DNA of 64,000 bases from Selaginella moellendorffii (taxonomy: Eukaryota; Plantae; Lycopodiophyta): positions 1,304,165 through 1,368,164 of the forward strand of contig NW_003314263.1 of NCBI RefSeq assembly GCF_000143415.4, read 5' to 3'. Under the pieces are notes generated by a model. It was given only the letters and a program-made list of their open reading frames with translations. It was not told the DNA's origin and searched no databases. Both the position numbers and the translations under genes were made by a program. Shown here in pieces: positions 1 through 11,000 of the stretch (its first letter is position 1; every line of letters starts with the position of its first letter).

Positions 1-1494
1 GGATGATCCGAAAGTTGATTCGAATGTGTCTGTAGGCATTCCTCCGAGAAAACGTGGTAAGGTAGTCGATTACGGAAACAAAGATGTGCTCCTCATCGGT
101 CTGGAAGACTAGAACCGAATAATCCGTGAGGCCCTGTCTCTGCAAAAAAAAAACAAGCAAAACAAGCAAAACAGTCGTAAATGAATCAAGCAAGGATGTT
201 TTCCAGCTTACCTGGAGGAAGTGCGTGTCCCGCTCAATCAAACAAAACAGCATGCGGTGAGAGAAACTTGTCAGCAGCAAAGGCGTTGTGAAATAGGCAT
301 CGCTCTCTGGAACACTGTACTTGATGAACCCCTTGAGATCATGGTGTATCGTTGTGGCTTGAAGAAAGCTCCTGGGAGGATCTGTGGCCTCAATGACAAG
401 GACGTTCAAACGTTCGCTCTCGCTGAAGGTCATCGGTGCGGGCCAGATCTATGACACGAAAAGCAATATGAGAAGTGCTTTCGAACTTTTTCAAGTGTTT
501 ATACCTCGTAAGCGCCCAGTATTATCGCGAACGATGTCTCCAGCTGCTGGGTGTACAGGAAGTAATCTTCTGCTATTCGTCGCAGCGCACTCATATCACG
601 GTGAGAAACCAGCTTCACGATGACTCGCTCGCTGGCAGTGGTGAAAAACTTCGCTCCACTCCTAGAGCTGGCCATCGTCCTCGGGCGTGCGGTGTTCAAC
701 GTTTCAACAAACTCCTTGTCATCCTTGAAGCCATGAACTTCCCGTAGAGTGCGAAACTGTGTGGGAAAGAGAACGTTGACGAATCCATCGATGCCCCCGA
801 ACGAGTACTCTGGCTTGTCCCCAGGAACTTGGTGCGTAAGGTACTTCGTGAGAACGGGAAGCCACTGCGGTGGGGGAGTCTGAAAACGAAAGTTTACGTG
901 AGCAGTGAGCAGTGAGTGAAGTTCCAAATCAAACCAAATGTACGCTGGTAGAGTTCTCGTTCACGATATTCTTCTGAAGGCGCTTCATCGCGCGGATCTG
1001 TTTGGGGAACACAGCCGTGACGTTGCCACTGCAATCAGCATAGAAACGAATCCGCATAGGATCGGCATAAGAAATCACGGGAAAGCTTGCAATCTCGACG
1101 AGTTAAATCTCGAGAATCCGCGTTAGGACCGGGATAAGAAGCAAGAAACCACTGGAAAGCTTGCAATCGGGATAAGAAGCAAGAAGTCTGTGGAGAAACA
1201 AAGTAGAAACCATGAATCGGGACAGCTCGGGGTCTAGGAAACGAGAAAGCACTAGAAAGCTTGCAATCGGGACAGGAAACACGAAATCTCTGGAGAGACA
1301 AGCGTCGAGAATGCATAATCACCATGAATCGAGAGAGAATCGGCAAGAAAGCTTGCATACCTCGCCCGAGACGATGGATCATGACAGTATCGCGTAGGCT
1401 CCCTGGCCATTGCCGCGTCGAATGCGACGCTGAGCAAGAATGGCGCAATCGCGACGCAGACGATCGCCATCGCGCAAACCATCGCCAGCGCCAT
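1..1494 (-). CDS. Divergent phosphatidylinositol-phosphate kinase (PIP5K/PIPK catalytic domain) with an N-terminal hydrophobic signal-peptide-like segment; 3' end lies beyond the window edge
   Basis: Hand-spliced GT-AG exons 1494-1361, 1028-944, 879-505, 448-212 and 139-<1 are all phase-compatible. Motifs in PIPK order: SRSGAKFF, VIVK, HDLKG, ERDTHFL, LTDYSVL, VIDYL. N-terminus is MALAMVCAMAIVCVAIAPFLLSVAFDAAMA. Confidence 0.8.
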
Positions 1495-1591
1495 CGCTCC
1501 GCAACCAAGGCATGCAAAATAAAACCCAAATTTCAAACGATGGATGGTACAAGTTAGCGCCAAAACCCCAAACGTACGGAAATGGGCCAAT

Positions 1592-2986
1592 GCTAAAATT
1601 AGTGGACGTTTTTAGGGTTCTTCGCGAGAGAGAGGGATGGATTCCAAGGTGCTACACCTTGTGCGCCATGGCCAGGCCTTCCACAACGTCCAAGGTGAGA
1701 TTCTACTGCAAATGAGGAGCTCCTGGAAGATTTTCCTGGACGGGAGATGGCGGCGCCTCACGCTCAAGCACATCTTGAGGGCTTTTCGATGCCTGTGGCT
1801 TCTCTTGTGCTGCATCGTTTCCCCAGCGCCTCCTCGTCCCTCCTCCTCCCCAGCTGCTGTGATGCCCATTTACTACGAGCACGCCGACGCGAGCCTCACG
1901 GCTACTGGATGGGAACAAGTAAGTCCTTTCCTTTCCCTTTGCTCCATTCATTTGGTAAATGATCGATCGCTCTCCTTCAAGGCTGAGTTTCTTCACAGGG
2001 AATTCAGGATTTCCGGATTGAGAGACCGAGTGGAGCTTGTTGTGGTGTCGCCCTTGACTCGGTAGTGTGATTTCTCCTCTCGAGAACTCTTCTAAGTTTG
2101 CCTTCCAGGACGCTCCAAACTGCATCTGGGATCTTTGGAGGAGGGAATTTCACTGATACCACTGATCAACTAGCAGCTCCTCTGATGGTAGACAACGTTG
2201 GACGGTGTCCACGACCAGCCATCTCCAGTGCAAACTCCCCTCCTTTCGTAGCACTGGAGCTTTGCAGGGAGAAATTGGTATGTTGGCTCTCCCATATTTT
2301 TTCTCTCTGTCAATGTAGCTAGTTGACGCGAAGTTTTGATGAACAGGGTACCATGCCATGCGATCAGAGGAGTCCCAGGAGCAAATCCGAAATTCAGTTT
2401 CCAGGGATTGGCTTTTCGAACGTAAGGATCATTCGACTCGATCGAGTTGTGTGACTTGATCCAACTCTGTTTCTCTTCTCTATCAGATCGAACAGGACCA
2501 GGACGAGCTGTGGAAGCCTGACAGAAGAGAACTAGAAGAGGAGCTCGACAAAAGGGCGAGAGCTTTTCTAGAATGGTACGTGGGCAGTCTGCGAAAGCTG
2601 TTGTAAGTTTCTGATCAAGCTTGCAGGCTATGGAGTCGTGGAGAGGAGGAGATTGCCGTCGTCTCCCACGCAGGCTTTCTGACCAACCTTGTGACAAAGT
2701 TTGGCGACGAAGCTGTGAACAAGACAGTGTAAGCGGCGTGTTTGGATGCTAGATTTGCTTGGTACTTACACTTGTGCGATTTAGGTTTGCGAACTGTGAG
2801 CTTCGTAGCGTGAGATTGAGGTGAGTCATCGTAGTTTTGTTCTCGAGACCTTAGATCTTGGCGTTTTTTTGCTCAGGAAAATAGTCACGGGCTCGGACTA
2901 CGCATTTGAGTTGACTGCAGCGTGAATCCATCCAAAGTGAGCCATGGATTCTGAAAGAGTTCTTTTGCTGACTTCAAGCTAGAAGC
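1592..2986 (+). repeat. Left arm of a ~1.4-kb inverted duplication (partner at ~22475-23863)
   Basis: Near-identical reverse complement including introns; mirrored ORFs appear in the ORF track (2170..2697- vs 22759..23286+). Confidence 0.95.
1637..2925 (+). CDS. Phosphoglycerate-mutase-like histidine phosphatase (copy 1, multi-exon)
   Basis: LHLVRHGQAFHNV (RHG catalytic His), DASLT..GWEQ, VVVSPLTRTLQTA, ALELCRE, HPCD-like HACD, EIAVVSHAGFL, FANCELRS. GT-AG introns; stop TGA at 2923-2925. Confidence 0.85.
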
Positions 2987-5431
2987 TCGCAGATTCGATT
3001 ATTAATTAAAATAACTTGAACGTTGCAGTATTTAAGCATGAATAATTTACCTTTTGCATATTAAAAATCTATAAAAAATGTCGAATTCATCATTGGAGTA
3101 CCTTATTAAGCATCAGATTCTATTCTCTGGAATTTAATCTAATATATTATGGATTTGACTAAACTTTTTTTGACAAGTTGAATTTCATTCTACATATTGC
3201 CCAATCAATAGTACATGCATCTACTAACATTTTTGGCTTGATATGAATAGTGACCAGTTTGATTTTAAGAAAAGACATCACATCTTGACCATTTGCAGAT
3301 TAGATTGAGCTGCTTTATGAACCCAGAAGAATTGTAACAACCAGCCGCTTGGTCCAGTCAATCTAGCCCCAGGCGACTCTAAGGCCTCGCCACCATGCTA
3401 AGTCCAGACCTTGTACTAGAGCCATCATGGGGTCACATCCTAGGAACACACGATAACCTTGGAGCCTACTGGACAATCCAACTTACGAACTTGGTATTAA
3501 CCACGACACTGGTTCCGAAAAAATCACCCAACTGAAGGCCTCATGACGTAACATTTCCTAACCATGAGCAGCTAGAGCTAACTCCCTACCGAGCGAGCAT
3601 GAAGTGGGAACCTTATACAACAAGGTCTGCATCGGGTTTCCATCCTCAATGTGTCTTCATTGCCTAGGTGTTAACAATCAGATAATCGGGTCTATCAGGG
3701 ACATCACAGCTCTTCCCACACACCTCACCTAGATTCACGGTATAGTCTAACCAACTCCTTGGTTGCCACCTCCCACTTTAGGGATTTGGTAACAAAGTCT
3801 TCACTTAGCCAGAGCTGCTCTCCACACCCTGCCTGGTCCATGTCTTTTGTTCATATGAAACTCATTTAAGCAAAATTGTTCTCCACAACTTCCCATATTA
3901 CAATTTGTTTCCAAGGAAGACTCAGTCTCCCTTCCAGACTACAATTATTCAACAGAGGCTTCTAATTCCACTTTCAGTTTCCAGAAAAGGAGGTCTCTTT
4001 TTTTGGTTTCCAAAGGCCTATACCCTCCGTTACTTCCTATACACCCCCCACGCTCTTCCTGTGGATCACACGACTGGGGCTTCCAGATTGTGAGGGGCCT
4101 GGGAGTGACATGCTGATGTGGCAGGACTCCTGCCACATCAGCTCAGACTACAATTATATTTTGAAGGCAGCTCCTTAGTATTACCAGTATTACTAAGTAA
4201 GTATTAAGTGAACGAGGACTCCTGCCATGTCACCAAACTATAATTAGTTAGGTGTCTTTTAGAGAAACTATGTTAATACAATAACGATCCAGCCGGGCAT
4301 TTGAGACACATATCCGTAACAAGAATGAATCATTTACAAATTCATATAGGCTACCAATGATTTATTATAACTCTTTTGAATCCGAAATTTACAATCAACT
4401 AAGCCCGAATGTAAAATTCAAATTACAAATCCTGCCAAACTACAAGTAGAATATTCTCCTTGTTCAATCAGTCAGTCCTAATGTGGGAGTGAAACATTGC
4501 AAGGATGAAGCACAATGCGAGATTGCAGGAGCTGGAAGCGTGGTATCCATGGAGTCAATGGAGTCCACCGAGCAAGTCAGGCACCTCTCCTTTGACGCTG
4601 AAAAAAATGTGTAGCTGGTGGAGCTGGAGCTGCTCCAGATCTCTGATTAGAATCTGCACGTCAGGTTTGGGAAATCAGAAGACCCCTCTGAAGCTACAAG
4701 AGATAGAATCTCCCAGCGAAGTATTTTGAAACCTCATGAGGCCTTTGATGAAACGTATGATCCTTACTATGAACTCGGAATTGGGCCTGTGTTTCCAGCA
4801 ATCTCTGTCTTTGGTGTCAAGCTCATGGACTCTGGCTGATTCATAAAGATTTCAGTAGAACTTGCAAATAAACTCAGAGCTTAGATTTTATACATACCCA
4901 TAAGAAAATTTGAGATCTTCACCAAATCTTGTAAGATTTAACTACTAAAGTGAGGATGAATGATATAGATTGTCGAGTATAGTGAATCCAAATGGAACAT
5001 CTAACCCTAATAAGTAAGGCGAAATGGATGTAATAATGGAGTGGCAAAAAAACTTGATCAGATGGACAGTCCAAAAAAATAGCATTACCATGCAAAACCT
5101 GTTGGTTTAGGGTACCACATACTCTGAATTTATTTGATGAACAAAATCACAGCACAGAAACATTGAAATTGAAAAAATATGCTTTTTTAGAGCTAATGAG
5201 GACTAAAATTCCCAGAATATTCTGCACACACGAAAATTGAAACTTACGTTTTTAGACTTGAAGGTTTTGGTGTTTAGCAAAATAATATTTAGAAAACTTC
5301 GGCCCAAGCTCAAAGAAATGTCGGACTCATTCCGGATTCCGCTTCAGGACCTCTTGCCAAGTGATTCCAGCCTACACTATGCATCAGGTGTGAAGTAATG
5401 TTTTTCTTCCTGCCCTTATCGTTCGAATTTC

Positions 5432-5670
5432 TTACGCAGGCTCACCTCGTAGTCGATTCACAGCTGATGTGTAAGTTCGAGCTTTGAACGTCCTGAGCTT
5501 AACATAACGAACCAAGCATTTCTTGCATCCTGCTATGTATATCCGATCGCCAGGGAAGAGTCTGTCCGGATCACTTGTGACGTTCATGTTGGCCTCAAAG
5601 ACATCATCCGCAGACAAACCGAAGTGAGCGAAGTGTTATCTCCTTTCACTTGAACAAACATTATAGCTCG
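5432..5670 (-). pseudogene. LysM-domain relic
   Basis: FGLSADDVFEANMNVTSDPDRLFPGDRIYIAGC matches the C-terminal two-thirds of a LysM motif. The N-terminal part (VQVKGDNT) is in another frame. Confidence 0.6.
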
Positions 5671-5799
5671 AGGTTATGATTTCTCAGAATCATAAAACCA
5701 ACGTCCACCAATAGCAAACTCCAAGAGCTCAACACACAAAACTAGAAGTAAAAAAGAGAAGGAAAAAAAAAAAAAAAACCAAAAGCGAACTTTGCGTGT

Positions 5800-7497
5800 C
5801 TACTTCCATGGGAAAGCCATGACAAACTGCTGAACTCGAGACATCGCCGGTAGCGCCTGCTGGTACGTGTCGCCATCATCTTTCTTATACTCTTGAAGGC
5901 TGTAGGTGTCGAACTTGGAGTCAGGAACCACGAAGATGAGCTTGTAGAGCCTTGGGATGGGCAGCTGCTTCTTCTCATGCCATATATCATACTCTTGCAC
6001 CACCTCCCATATTGCCGACCAGAAGAGTTTATGATTCCGGGAGACGGTATCCTGGAAGATGATGTCGGGAGTGAATAGTGAGTCGAAGGCCTTCTGAGTA
6101 GCAGAATACGGCTCCACAAAACAAGCCTCTGGGAGGCTTGCTAGGCCAGTGGCTACCTCGGCCCCTGGTCGCCTTGCATCCTCTGTGCTAGCTGTGTCCA
6201 TGTAGATATTGAAACCAGCTTTGTCCACCTGCTTTTTCTTCCTCCGCCCCGAACTGGTGCCCCTCTCATCAACCGGGATGTCGCTTGTGATTTCCCAGCG
6301 TCGCAACCGCCTAAAATGCTGTGGCTTAAGAGAAATAGATGGAGAGCAGCTTGAGCTTGGGCCATTGAGTGGCCTCATCTTGAACTCTCCACCTCCACTT
6401 CTGACCGTCTTGTGGAAGTGCCTCTCGAGAACCTTGCCTGCTAACGACTGGGCAGAAGGAATTTCCTGACAGAAGTCGAAGAAATCCTTGACTGCTTCAA
6501 AACCTTGTTCTTCGTAAAGATCGCACACCCTCTGCTCAATATACTCCGAGCCAAAGCACAGCTCCTTCTTTGTCACCCTGTAACAGTACCTCTCGTTCAA
6601 ATCCACCACGTTAGGAAGCTTATAATGCAGCAGATAGTCTGACAAGTCCGCACGTTTCTCCCCGTCCCCAGCTGCATGCCCGATTACTGCCTTCCAGTCA
6701 CTAGCACTTGACGCCGCGTTGTCCATTTCACTTTTCAACTTGGCCAGAGACATCTGCTCATCCAAGATTAAACGCGGCAGGCCCCCGCAGATCTCATAGC
6801 GCTGCTCGATGTCACGGTCACTGAATTCCAACTGCAGCTCATCTCTGCAAGCCTTCAAATCTTCCAAGCTCCAAGCTTCAAGGTGACAAAGGATGCCTGT
6901 GTCCTTGGAACACTCGTGATAGCCACGCCTGCCTGGGGAGACGCACTGAAGGAGAGGGCCGTAATGCCCTGCTACACCCCTGGATTCACCGTCGATTATC
7001 AGCCAGATGCTCTTCATAACCCAGGCCGGTGGAATCACATAGGCGAGTGACACCGAAACCAGGGGATCCTCCAAGGAGAAGTCGTAACACAGATAGAGTG
7101 GATTGTCGCCTTTGGTCCTCCACACCACCTTGTTCTTGAGCTTGGCTTGCTTGTACAACCAGTAATGTCCAAAGTAGCTCTTCCCAATCCCAGGCGTCCC
7201 CACAAGGTGAAAACTGAACCTCCGTACCCGTTTCCGCCTCTTGGGTGCTGTGTCCTTGTTTGCATCTACAGGAGTACCTGTTCCGGAGGCCATAATCAGT
7301 TGAATGTACTCCTCCAGAAGGTCGTAGTTTGGATGAACCCACAGCGGATGCAAAGATTCATCGCCCAAAAATCCCGAAGGTACGTCCAACACGCCATTTT
7401 CCACCTCTGCAGCAGCAACCTCCCTACCATAGATCGCATACGGCTCAATCGGAACAGCCACCGCTGCGACTGCCCCAGCCGCCGCTGCAGACGCCAT
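5800..7497 (-). CDS. Crinkler/RHS (CR)-type protein: P-loop CR-NTPase plus C-terminal restriction-endonuclease-fold (CR-REase) domain, intronless, 565 aa
   Basis: Walker A LVGTPGIGKS, Walker B WLIIDG, VSP, WSLEDL, YEICGGLPRLIL, FGSEYI, GKVLERHFH. REase-like part: P..ATQKAFDSL, IIFQDTVSRNH, KLIFVVP, VQQFVM. Basic NLS-like patches PKRRKRVRR and RRKKK. Confidence 0.8.
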   Translation of the reverse strand: MASAAAAGAVAAVAVPIEPYAIYGREVAAAEVENGVLDVPSGFLGDESLHPLWVHPNYDLLEEYIQLIMASGTGTPVDANKDTAPKRRKRVRRFSFHLVGTPGIGKSYFGHYWLYKQAKLKNKVVWRTKGDNPLYLCYDFSLEDPLVSVSLAYVIPPAWVMKSIWLIIDGESRGVAGHYGPLLQCVSPGRRGYHECSKDTGILCHLEAWSLEDLKACRDELQLEFSDRDIEQRYEICGGLPRLILDEQMSLAKLKSEMDNAASSASDWKAVIGHAAGDGEKRADLSDYLLHYKLPNVVDLNERYCYRVTKKELCFGSEYIEQRVCDLYEEQGFEAVKDFFDFCQEIPSAQSLAGKVLERHFHKTVRSGGGEFKMRPLNGPSSSCSPSISLKPQHFRRLRRWEITSDIPVDERGTSSGRRKKKQVDKAGFNIYMDTASTEDARRPGAEVATGLASLPEACFVEPYSATQKAFDSLFTPDIIFQDTVSRNHKLFWSAIWEVVQEYDIWHEKKQLPIPRLYKLIFVVPDSKFDTYSLQEYKKDDGDTYQQALPAMSRVQQFVMAFPWK

Positions 7498-8057
7498 TTC
7501 CTAGCTTCTAGAACCCGGTGTACATAGTTTACATAAAACTTCAGTTTAGGACTTAAGGCACAATCATAACAGAATTGTGAGATGCGTTTAGTTTATCGAG
7601 CTAGCTACAAGCTGACGGAATTTGTCTGGCAAGTGAGCCTCGTAATCTTCCAATCGATCCCTAACCTTACCACTTTCCCAGCGGACGAGCGTGGACGCCG
7701 TGAATCAATCCTCAAAGGATGATCAGAAACTCGCCATGCCGTTTTGTCGCCCACATTCACTCTCACCAATGTCGTCGGCTTCTCAATTCCTCGTAGATCA
7801 CAGATTCACCTCGCACACAATCTGATTCAATCCATCCCAGAATCATTCAATCATTCAATCAATCAAATTTCAGCTGGGCACCAGCTGCGTCCAAGCGACG
7901 GCACAATCTCTCCCACAAACAGGATCAACAACGGCCTCCCCTCGCCTCCCCTTGCTTCTCAAGAACGGCATCAAGCTCCGACACGCTCGTGTCCACAATC
8001 ACCATCACCCACAAACCACCCGATCGCGTTCTTCCACCATTCTCACGCTTCCAAAGA

Positions 8058-11000
8058 TGTAGCACGTAAGCCGTCGGATCCTTCTCATCCAGCTCCACCA
8101 ATCTCTCTTACGCGATCTTCCCCACCTCCACATTCTTCCACTTGTGAAGTTGTGACACGCCCCAAGAATCGCAGTCCAAGTCAGGCTCGATCGGCATCTA
8201 ATTCACCAATCTCAGCGCCTCGCTCAGGAAATTCGCCCGCCCCAGAAGATCCACAATGCAGTTGTAGTGGATGATGTTGGGAATCACTCCGTATTTGTTC
8301 TGCATCTCCTCCAGGAAATCCTTGCCTTTGCAAGTCAGCCCCATGATTGCAAGCCGAAAGAAGATGAGTGAGCGTGATCTCGTTGGGGACGACTCCTGAC
8401 TTCTCCTTCATACGCTCAAACATCTCCAAACTCTGCTTCCAATCCCCCATTTGGCTGTAGCCACTCAGAAGCGCATTCCAGCTGCACAAATCCCTCGCAG
8501 ATATCGAGTTGAAAACCATCTTCGCAGCTTCCATGCTTCCACATCTCCCGTAAAAATCCACCAAGCAAGTTGCCACCGGAACATCCTCTTCCAGCCCGCA
8601 GCTCTGAATCTCCCTGTGGAAGAACTTACCAGTTCCAGCTGTTGAAGTGAAATCTGTTGTTCTTGCTCTGCTTTTCTTTCATGGTATTAGAGATCAGTTT
8701 CTGAATTCTTTCTTCTCCTTTCTTTGTGTCTCACATCATGAGCTGCAGCAAAGTTGGATTGATCTTGCTACAGGGAGTCACTGCCTTTGATGGGAGGAGA
8801 GGGTTCAACACCTGGTCCGAGAAAGTGATGCGTGTGCTGCAGATGGAAGAACTCTGGGAAATCGTTTCACCATCGACAATCACTGCAGATGCCCATATGC
8901 GACGAACCCCTGCTGCGTTGGGAGCTTCAACTTCGGTGGAAGGAGAAGTCGTGGATGAAGAGGCAATTCGTGCCTCTATTGCAGCAGCTCGACAACAGCT
9001 TGATCCTGGGAACAGGCTGTGCTGGAGAAGAAGGAATCTCGAGCAAAAGAATTGATTCTTTCTAAGCTTGCAGATGCCCTTATGATGCGTTTGCGTCATA
9101 AGAGTGCTTGTGAGATTTGGGCTCATTTTCACAACAAGTATGCTGTTCTTTCCCTCTCCAAGATTAGCATGGTCGAGACTTGCATTCGTGAGACCCATTT
9201 TCATCCAGGCGAGAACTTTGAAGAGTTCCTCGCCAAGATGCAAGACCTGTGGATGGAGCTTGAAGGCAGTTTAGTGGCATTCAACGAAAACAAGAAAGTT
9301 TTGGTGCTTTGCGAGGGCATACAAGATTTTTCTTTTAGTTCTTTTGTCCCTACCGTTCACATGATGTCACTCAACTTTGAACAAGCTGAGCAAACTTTAT
9401 GCTCAGAGCTGGCTGCGAGAGGTTTGATTGTGGACTTTGATCAGAGGCCTTCTCATGTTTTAATCTCACAATCTACATCAAATGTTTTTGCATCAAGCGA
9501 TCAGTCAGGGATTGATTCAGCTCTGTGGGCTGGAAATCATCAAGGCAGAGGAGGCCACGGAAGAGGAGGATGGCAGAGGTCGCAGGTTTAGGGGAAATCC
9601 GCAGAAGCAGCAGCACAATTCAAGGAATTCTGGTAAAGAAGCAGCAGTTTGAGATTATTTTGTGGGCAAGAACAAACAGGAATGCTGGACCTGTGGGATG
9701 CCAGGACACTACTCCAAGGATTGCCCAGTTGCAGCTTGGCTGCAGCACATGAACATAGGGCTCGCAGTAAATGCTCACGAAGGGGAAATATAGGAACTTG
9801 CAGCATCATCTGAGATAGTAATTTCAAACGTTTCTGAAAAACTAGGTTCAGAGAGACACCTAATGCAAAGATGGTTGAACTTTATGCAGTTGCGTGCTGC
9901 GAAAGTGAAGTGCATTCGTATGGGAGATGGAAGCATTTTACCTGTTCGCGCAACTAGGGATGTGCGAGTTCCACTGGGAAGAAAGTCTCTACTCTTGAAG
10001 AATGCGTGGTATGTTCCAAAGATAGTGAAGAATCTGGTTTCTATAGCCAGGTTTATGGATGAAGGTTTGGATGTGAATTTCTCCAAACATCAATGTCAAG
10101 GTCTTGCAAATGGTCGTCCATTACTACATTTTCCTAGATATGTTTGAGAAGGAGATAGCTTCTGGAAAAAATTTGAACGCTCCTGAGATGTGCATGACTG
10201 TAGATAGTTCTCTCTAGCATGCTCGACTTGCACATGCCAATCCCCCTCTCATCAGGCGTATGCAGAAGCAGGAGCTTGTGGATGGCTTTAACAACCACAT
10301 TCTTCAAAGTTCAGTGAAATGTCACACTTGCATTCTTGGTAAGCAAACCCATTGTACTTTCAAACCTGCTGTGATCAGAAGCACTCGTCCCTTGCAGCTC
10401 GTTCACTCAGATATTTATGGACCCATGCGACTGTTTGCTCAGAATGGTGCAAAGTGTTTTATGATGTTTACTGATGATTTCTCCAGGCACATGGACGTCT
10501 TCTTCCTTTGTCACAAAGATGAAGTCTTCAGCAAATTCAAGCAATTTGTAGCAGAAGCCGAAGTGAAAACTGGTCAAAGGGTTGGTTGTTTATGTACTGA
10601 TTCAGGAGGGGAATACATCAACAAGTCCTTTCAGCAGTTCTGTGTTGAACGAGGAATTCTTCATCAACGCTCTTGCTCTCATACCCCTCAACAGAATGGA
10701 GTCTCTGAGCGCAAGAACAAGACAATCATGAACACAGTTTGGTGCTTCCCTCAAGAATCAGGACTATCAAAATTCCTCTAGGCTGAAGCAGTTGGATCAG
10801 CTGTGCACGTTCAAAACCTCCTCCCTCATTCTCGCAATCCCAACAAGATCCCAAAAGAGCTTTGGACTGGTCAAAGACAATCAGTGGTGCATCTCAGGTG
10901 TTTTGGTTGTTTAAGCTTTGCAAAAAGGGTTGATGAGCATCTCGGTAAGTTGGAGAGCAGAAGCAAGCTGGCATTTCTTGTTGGATACGACTCCAATTCA

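Noticed and set aside
3333-3902. Possible solo LTR (tgtaac...ttaca)
   Set aside because: The flanks do not form a matching TSD and there is no second copy in the window.
5763-5778. Poly(A) run as a retroposition tail of the CR gene
   Set aside because: It reads poly(T) on the gene's sense (minus) strand, so it is not a poly(A) tail of that gene.
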